64,000 nt of DNA from a virus. Both the position numbers and the translations under genes were made by a program. The stretch lies in the IMG/VR virus record IMGVR_UViG_3300047089_000152, positions 32,001 to 96,000 of that record; one strand, written 5' to 3'. Within the stretch, counting starts at the first letter, position 1; the number at the start of each line of letters is the position of its first letter. Under the pieces are notes generated by a model that was given only the letters and a program-made list of their open reading frames with translations, was not told the DNA's origin and searched no databases. Positions 58,513-64,000 of this stretch are shown here, piece after piece.

Positions 58513-60084
58513 TTAGCCGATAGATCGCAACGGGTTATAGCCTCGCCTCAGTCTGTTATATGCCCAGTGGGCGATGGTCGCGGAGGTCAGCGCGGTGATG
58601 TTTGACGCGCTGTTCTTCCGCGACCATCCTCGCATCCCGTCGCCGATGTCCCTGGTCTCCGCGCGGGCCACAGCGGACCGCAGATAGGGTGCCTCGTCGG
58701 GTCCCAGCTGCCCGAGCTGTTTATCGCGGATCGCGGTGACCATCAGGGTGAACGCCTGCGCCTCCTCAGCGGAGGTCACCTTCATCAGCTCGATCCCGCG
58801 GTTTTCCGCGTCGTCCATCAACGCGGAGGCGGGTGCTGTCTTCGGGATCGCGATACCCAGAGGCCGCCACTTCTTCCGCAGCTCCATTAGTTTCGGGACG
58901 ACCCACGCGGTACCGGGCCGGAAGCAGTCCTGGGGTTGTTCCACGATGACGATCCCGTCGGAGGGACGCATCCACGCCACGGAGATACACGCGGCGGTCA
59001 GGTCTGGTGTCACGTCGACAGCGAAACATACCGGGGTCGCGGTCCCGCCGAGGATAGACGTTTCGCATGCGTTCCACTGGTCCTCGGAGACGGCCAGCCA
59101 TCCTTCTTCGTCGGTGGGCCAGTGTCCCGCGCCGAGACGTTCCACGTTGAACGCGTCCTCGGGCATGCTATTCAGTTCCCACGCCACATGCTCAGCGGTG
59201 ATCCGGTAGCCCAGAGCGGGGTTCGCTTTCGCCCAGGACAGCGGGTCGTCCCGGTCGTCATGCTCGGGGCAGACGATGAACTCGTTGGACCGGCGTCCGG
59301 TCCGCTCGTCGCGGGGGCATAGCTCGTTGTGCGGCCGGATCGACCACTCGAAGTAGGCGAGCCGTTCATCGTCGCCGCGGATACCGCGCCTGCGCACGGA
59401 TGCTAGCTGGGTGGAGTCAGGGTAGCCAGCCGAGGCAAGGTACCACAGTTGCGGGTTCGGGACCGCGGACATGGTAGGCATAGAAGCGCCGACCTGGTCG
59501 ACTGTCAAAATCATCGCCTCGTCCCAGACCAGGCAGTTACACGTAAACGAACGGCCTGAACCACGGGACCGGGCGAGGAACCGGAGCCGGGGCGCGACTG
59601 TCTTGCGGATCAGTTTCGCGCGGGACCCGAAGATCAGCGCGGGGGAGGGTCGTAGCAGGACCGCTTCCTCACCGTGTGAGGTGATCACCGATTTGATCCG
59701 GCGGGACAGTTCCTCGGAGTTACTGATCCGGTCTTTCAACCGGAGGAAATGCTCGTTGGACGCCTTGAATTCGTGGGCCGTGTGAATGATCAACGGCTCC
59801 GATAGCTCGAACAGGCCGAATAGTTCCCGGCCCTCCACGATGGCGTTTTTCCCGTTCTGCCGGGATAGTACCTCGGCGACTTCTTTCGCCGCCCATGTCC
59901 CGTTCGGTCGGGTGCCGAGCGCGTTTTCCAGTGACCAAGCCTGCCACGGGTCCCACTCGAAACCGACCGATTCGCAGAACTCGACGCACTCCAGCCCCGT
60001 CTGGTTCGAGGCGCTGACGGGCAGTGAGGAGATCCTTGGTTCCTGCACCCCGTACAGTTCGTCGGGTAGCGCGGGCATTGCCAC
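58513..60084 (-). CDS. terL: terminase large subunit
   Basis: RQNGK Walker A, GRS...LVWDEA Walker B, ANPALG, AVDV. Confidence 0.95.
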   Translation of the reverse strand: MAMPALPDELYGVQEPRISSLPVSASNQTGLECVEFCESVGFEWDPWQAWSLENALGTRPNGTWAAKEVAEVLSRQNGKNAIVEGRELFGLFELSEPLIIHTAHEFKASNEHFLRLKDRISNSEELSRRIKSVITSHGEEAVLLRPSPALIFGSRAKLIRKTVAPRLRFLARSRGSGRSFTCNCLVWDEAMILTVDQVGASMPTMSAVPNPQLWYLASAGYPDSTQLASVRRRGIRGDDERLAYFEWSIRPHNELCPRDERTGRRSNEFIVCPEHDDRDDPLSWAKANPALGYRITAEHVAWELNSMPEDAFNVERLGAGHWPTDEEGWLAVSEDQWNACETSILGGTATPVCFAVDVTPDLTAACISVAWMRPSDGIVIVEQPQDCFRPGTAWVVPKLMELRKKWRPLGIAIPKTAPASALMDDAENRGIELMKVTSAEEAQAFTLMVTAIRDKQLGQLGPDEAPYLRSAVARAETRDIGDGMRGWSRKNSASNITALTSATIAHWAYNRLRRGYNPLRSIG

Positions 60085-60086
60085 GG

Positions 60087-60380
60087 TCAGCCCTGACCGC
60101 CGTGTTCGCGGAGTAGCCGTTCCTCGCGCTTCTTGCGCAGCTCGTCGATTTTGTCTCCCTCAGCGCCGGGTGGTGCCATCTCGCGGAGCTGTACGGAGCA
60201 GAGCCGTAGTTCGCGGAGGATGACGGACAGGTCGCGGGGTTCGAGGTGCCGGGTGTCTGCTTCGGCGGCGAGGGTGAGCATGGCCTGTGCCACGGTGCCG
60301 CTGGCTACGGTTTCGGGGAAGGTGCGGAGGTCTCTGCGTACGGCTCGTTCGATCGCTCCGATTTTGCGTCTGGCTGGCAT
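60087..60380 (-). CDS. terS: terminase small subunit
   Basis: directly upstream of terL; IDELRKKRE.R tail; ATG60380. Confidence 0.75.
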   Translation of the reverse strand: MPARRKIGAIERAVRRDLRTFPETVASGTVAQAMLTLAAEADTRHLEPRDLSVILRELRLCSVQLREMAPPGAEGDKIDELRKKREERLLREHGGQG

Positions 60381-60531
60381 GCCCCTCCCCCGGTCTCCGG
60401 TGATACACTGTAGGTAACGGCGAGTGGTGCACGCCCCTACCAGGTGCACGAATGTGAGACTCATAGAAGGGCGCTGGCAACCCTGGACCTCGCCAGAAAC
60501 CAGCACTTATTCGCTGGTAAAGGAGTGTGCG

Positions 60532-60888
60532 GTGGCTAAGGAACACGAACAGTACCTGCGTGAGCTGCGACGACAAGGCTACATCACGGTCCGTAAGACA
60601 CGCAGCAACCACCTGCGTATCTTCTGCCCGTGCGGGTGCCTCGTCTCGACCCACTCCGTGAACGGCGGCACCGACCACCGTGGCCTGCTGAACTTGAAAT
60701 CAGAGGTCAAACGGCACGAGCTACGGCATCGCGACAGCGACAGCCAGGCACAGCAAACCGGTCGGGGGAACCCAGTCGGGGATAGTGAAACCGGACGCCA
60801 CGACCGAGATGAACCACAACGCGCCGAACACCAGCGCCGCGACGATCAGCACCCAGCGAAGCAGATTACGGTCGAAAGCCACTGGTAA
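60532..60888 (+). CDS. HicA-like protein
   Basis: L..LRRQGY.VRKT.SNH.RI..P.G...TD.RG..N. Confidence 0.55.
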   Translation: MAKEHEQYLRELRRQGYITVRKTRSNHLRIFCPCGCLVSTHSVNGGTDHRGLLNLKSEVKRHELRHRDSDSQAQQTGRGNPVGDSETGRHDRDEPQRAEHQRRDDQHPAKQITVESHW

Positions 60889-60912
60889 CCACCACCTATA
60901 GGAGAGAGCTAC

Positions 60913-61260
60913 ATGAGCGTCAACCTGAGCGGAGCACTCCCGTCCGGCGACGGGAACGGGCTGTCAGAGATCGTCTATGACCTGAACGACGCCGGGAAGA
61001 TTCACGTGTGTATCTGCCTGGTCTCCGGTAAGAAAGCCACCACGGACATCGAGTCGGGTGACACGGTGACGACGGCGCGTATCCGCCGGATTGAGGTGAT
61101 ACGCGACGAGGAAGACATGCGGCTAGCGGAGAACCTGATGCGGCGGGCGCTGGACCGTCGGACCGGTCGTGAGGCCCTGCCGTATGACCTGGAAGAGGAA
61201 ATCCGGGGGGCGTTCCCTGAGAATGTCGAGGATCTGTCGTCTGAAGACCCGGGTCAGTGA
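60913..61260 (+). CDS. hypothetical protein
   Basis: GGAG RBS; LP.GD.NGL. Confidence 0.6.
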   Translation: MSVNLSGALPSGDGNGLSEIVYDLNDAGKIHVCICLVSGKKATTDIESGDTVTTARIRRIEVIRDEEDMRLAENLMRRALDRRTGREALPYDLEEEIRGAFPENVEDLSSEDPGQ

Positions 61261-61326
61261 CCCTAAGACAGACTCCTCCAATGCCACAATAATCCACGGA
61301 AAAAAGAAATGCAAGAGGTGAGGCGC

Positions 61327-61623
61327 GTGAGTTCAGAAGATCCTGGGCAGATCTCTCTGCTTGACGCGATGTTCGGGTCGAATACCGTCCTGATCCACAA
61401 GTCCGGAGAGTCCGCGCCGGGTGATTACGCCCGGGCGCTGCTCGGCCAGCAGGTCCGGGTAGTGCTGGGCTACGAAGACAGCGAGGGTGACGTGGACCGC
61501 GGTATCCCCGTGATCACCGAGGGGCAGCTGCTCGGGTTCGGGCAGGGCGGCGATTTCGAGATCCTCGAAGATGACGGTTTTGTGCATTACTGCTGGCCGA
61601 TGCTGAAGGTCGAGCGGCGCTAG
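61327..61623 (+). CDS. hypothetical protein
   Basis: GAGGTG RBS, GTG61327. Confidence 0.55.
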   Translation: MSSEDPGQISLLDAMFGSNTVLIHKSGESAPGDYARALLGQQVRVVLGYEDSEGDVDRGIPVITEGQLLGFGQGGDFEILEDDGFVHYCWPMLKVERR

Positions 61624-61650
61624 ACTGTCGGTAGCCATTGGGGAGGCACC

Positions 61651-62238
61651 GTGAGACAGCCGAAGCATAAGCGGACAGTGGCGCAGGCAGCCGCGGCGCA
61701 TAAGTTCGCAGCGGCGGGCCGCGCGTCGCAGGCTAGGACACGGGCGGCTGCGATCGCGAAGACGGGTAAGCCGCCGCCCGTGTCGAAGAAACGGCATCAG
61801 GCCGCGTTGAAGTGGGCTGCTGCGGGACGCGCGTCGCAGGCCCGGGCGCGTGCACATCTCAAACCGCTGCCGAAGAAGCAGCCGACGCTGGGTGAGTTGC
61901 CGTGCGCACCGGCCGCTATCGCGGAGCACCTGTTCGCCGCTACCGGTGTGGCCGTGCCGGACGCGGATATACTGGCGTTGGGTGAGAACATGCCCGGTGG
62001 CTGTCTCTGGGAGTACCTGGAGGCAGCCGCCACAGCCGGGCTGGGCGGTGTGCGGCTGGCCGGTTTCTGGCAGTGTGACGAGGATCTTTTTATCCCTGGC
62101 CTGGTCTACGGGGTGGGGATGCTGGGCGGGTATCACGCTGTTCTGTCTCACCCGCGCGGGCTGGTTTCGTGGGGGCTGCTACTGCCCCGGCTGGGTGTCC
62201 CGCGTGAGGCGTGGCACCTGGAGTGGGCCACCGCATAG
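61651..62238 (+). CDS. hypothetical protein, basic N-terminal repeats
   Basis: two K(F/W)AAAGRASQAR repeats; GGAGG RBS. Confidence 0.55.
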   Translation: MRQPKHKRTVAQAAAAHKFAAAGRASQARTRAAAIAKTGKPPPVSKKRHQAALKWAAAGRASQARARAHLKPLPKKQPTLGELPCAPAAIAEHLFAATGVAVPDADILALGENMPGGCLWEYLEAAATAGLGGVRLAGFWQCDEDLFIPGLVYGVGMLGGYHAVLSHPRGLVSWGLLLPRLGVPREAWHLEWATA

Positions 62239-62265
62239 CTGCTACACTCGTGGTACGCTAAGCGT

Positions 62266-62511
62266 ATGACGAATCCTTCGTTGTTCACTGCGCGGCCAGC
62301 GAACCGGCCACCCCCACCCGGCCCCCGGCACGACCCCCTCCACATGGCCGAAGGGCTGAGATACTGCTGGTGCATATGCCCCCGCTGCTTCATCCGGTAC
62401 GGAGAAGGTCACGGGGGCATCTGCTGCTGCCGGGAATGCCCCTGCGCCGCATCCTACGAGGCCACCAAACCCATGTACGTCCCGCGTAAGACCGGAGAAT
62501 CCGATGGCTAA
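62266..62511 (+). CDS. small Cys-rich protein
   Basis: CWCICPRC..CCCRECPC; follows TGG-TACGCT. Confidence 0.5.
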   Translation: MTNPSLFTARPANRPPPPGPRHDPLHMAEGLRYCWCICPRCFIRYGEGHGGICCCRECPCAASYEATKPMYVPRKTGESDG

Positions 62512-62761
62512 CCCGAACTCAGTGCTGACCCGGGCCCGGTTCATTATCGCCCAGTGGCTTGACCCGTACCCGGACCGGGGTGAAGCATGGTGCATGGACT
62601 GTGAGCTGAACGGCGGCCGGACCCTGATCCTGAACGCCGCCGGGCACGTGAACCACGTCGAGAAGCACCGCGAAACCAGCGTCGACGGGACCGCCAGCAG
62701 CATCGGCATGCGCGTCAACTGGGGTAACGTAACCCCCACCGAAGATGAGGACCTTTTGTGA
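62504..62761 (+). CDS. hypothetical protein
   Basis: overlap-coupled to both neighbours. Confidence 0.5.
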   Translation: MANPNSVLTRARFIIAQWLDPYPDRGEAWCMDCELNGGRTLILNAAGHVNHVEKHRETSVDGTASSIGMRVNWGNVTPTEDEDLL

Positions 62762-64000
62762 GAGTCGCTGCTGTCGTCATCCGCGGTGACGCCCGGAACC
62801 TGCCCCTGCCCGATGGCAGCGTCGACCTGATCGTCACGTCCCCGCCGTACTTCTCGCTGCGTTCCTATATCGACGCCGACGGGATGCACTATGACGGGCA
62901 GATTGGGTCGGAGACGACACCCCGCCAGTTCATCGACGCGCTCCTTGCGTGCACGGTGGAGTGGCGGCGGGTGCTGAAACCGTCCGGGTCGATGTTCATC
63001 AACCTGGGCGACACGTACTCGTCGTGGCAGGGGGAACGCAAACACCACCCGCGTGACCTGACAGGGGAACGTGCCTCACGCGGGGAAGGTGGCGGGAACC
63101 TGCGCAGCGCCCCCGGGGTGTGGGGTGTCCCGGCGAAGTCGCTGATCGGGGTTCCGTGGCGGTACGCGCTGGGCTGCGTCGACGAACTCGGGTTGATCCT
63201 GCGGCGGGACATCATCTGGTCCAAGTCCAACGGCATCCCCGAATCAGTCAAAGACCGGGCCCGGACCGCGCACGAATACATCTTCCACCTGACCAAGCAG
63301 CAGCGCTACTTTTCGGCGGTAGATGAGATACGGGAGGACCACGCCCCGGAGTCGTTCGCGCGGTTCGCGCCCGGGCAGAAGCAAGCGGGGCTGTCCCGTC
63401 GCAGCAACTACGGGGGGCAGCCAGCTCACACGCTGAGCCTGGAAAATAGCCTGCACCCCCTAGGCCGGCTACCAGGGTCGGTGTGGGAGTTCCCGGTGCA
63501 GCCTCTTGTCGGCCCGGCCTGCCGGATAGTGTGGGACGGCCGGACGATCCGCTGGTTCGGGACGTGGGCTGAGGGTGAGAAGCACATGCGGATGCTCGCC
63601 CGGGAATGGTGGTCGTGGCCGCCCGGGTCGGGTCGTCCCAGCCTGCGCAGCGAGGCTGAGCATTTCGCTGCGTTCCCGATGGAGCTGCCCCGGCGTATCA
63701 TCCAGGGCTGGTCCCCGGACGGTATCTGCGTCGCGTGCGGGCAGGGCCGCCGCCCGGTCAGTGTTGTCACGGATAAGAAAGCCACCGGCTACGACACGCG
63801 CATCGTTCCCATGTCACGCGACACGGTCCACGGCCACGACGGCAGGGGCGGGAAGAAAATCCTCACCACCCGGGGTATTACCGGGTATGCGTGTGACTGC
63901 CCGGACACGTCCGCGCCGACCCGTCCCGCTGTGGTACTCGACCCGTTCGGTGGTACGGGGTGCACCGCGATGGTCGCCGCGGCGAACGGCCGCATCGGTA
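62758..64000 (+). CDS. DNA amino-methyltransferase, beta class (partial; runs off window)
   Basis: GTG62758, VDLIVTSPPY (N4-C type), IIWSK.N, HFAAFP.EL, VLDPFGGTG in the same frame. Confidence 0.9.
   Translation, partial: MRVAAVVIRGDARNLPLPDGSVDLIVTSPPYFSLRSYIDADGMHYDGQIGSETTPRQFIDALLACTVEWRRVLKPSGSMFINLGDTYSSWQGERKHHPRDLTGERASRGEGGGNLRSAPGVWGVPAKSLIGVPWRYALGCVDELGLILRRDIIWSKSNGIPESVKDRARTAHEYIFHLTKQQRYFSAVDEIREDHAPESFARFAPGQKQAGLSRRSNYGGQPAHTLSLENSLHPLGRLPGSVWEFPVQPLVGPACRIVWDGRTIRWFGTWAEGEKHMRMLAREWWSWPPGSGRPSLRSEAEHFAAFPMELPRRIIQGWSPDGICVACGQGRRPVSVVTDKKATGYDTRIVPMSRDTVHGHDGRGGKKILTTRGITGYACDCPDTSAPTRPAVVLDPFGGTGCTAMVAAANGRIG

Noticed and set aside
17000-60400. Many long plus-strand ORFs opposite late genes
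   Set aside because: Shadow ORFs of high-GC coding sequence; only the HNH gene has recognisable motifs
61237-61350. SSEDPGQ at the end of one gene and the start of the next
   Set aside because: Short and diverged at the DNA level; at most an old local duplication

Overview
High-GC actinobacterial siphophage-type genome segment. It holds small early/accessory genes (1-16.9 kb), then a long minus-strand late operon (60.4 to 17.0 kb). That operon runs terminases, papain-like peptidase, HK97 portal/protease/capsid, a ~13-gene glycosylation/methylation block, head-tail genes, tail with a -1 chaperone frameshift, tape measure, then lysis genes. A DNA methyltransferase is cut off at the right end. 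The standout is an RNA-guided-looking locus: a stand-alone Cas7/RAMP-like gene (11521-12186), an accessory ORF, a GNRA hairpin, and a 1.28-kb array of 237 GG(C/A)-NN pentamers split by GGCA into 21 segments. Seven short satellite arrays of the same grammar are scattered through the window, most with their own -10 promoter. Reading only the variable NN pairs, five satellites are complementary to codon positions 1-2 of a neighbouring gene, skipping every wobble base (four strong matches, one weaker). The mismatches often encode conservative amino-acid changes, suggesting the guides target a related phage's allele. The core resembles VIPR-type noncontiguous guides as I recall them (not verified here); the dispersed neighbour-targeting satellites look like the new part. 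All protein calls come from motif recognition by eye; no database searches were run.
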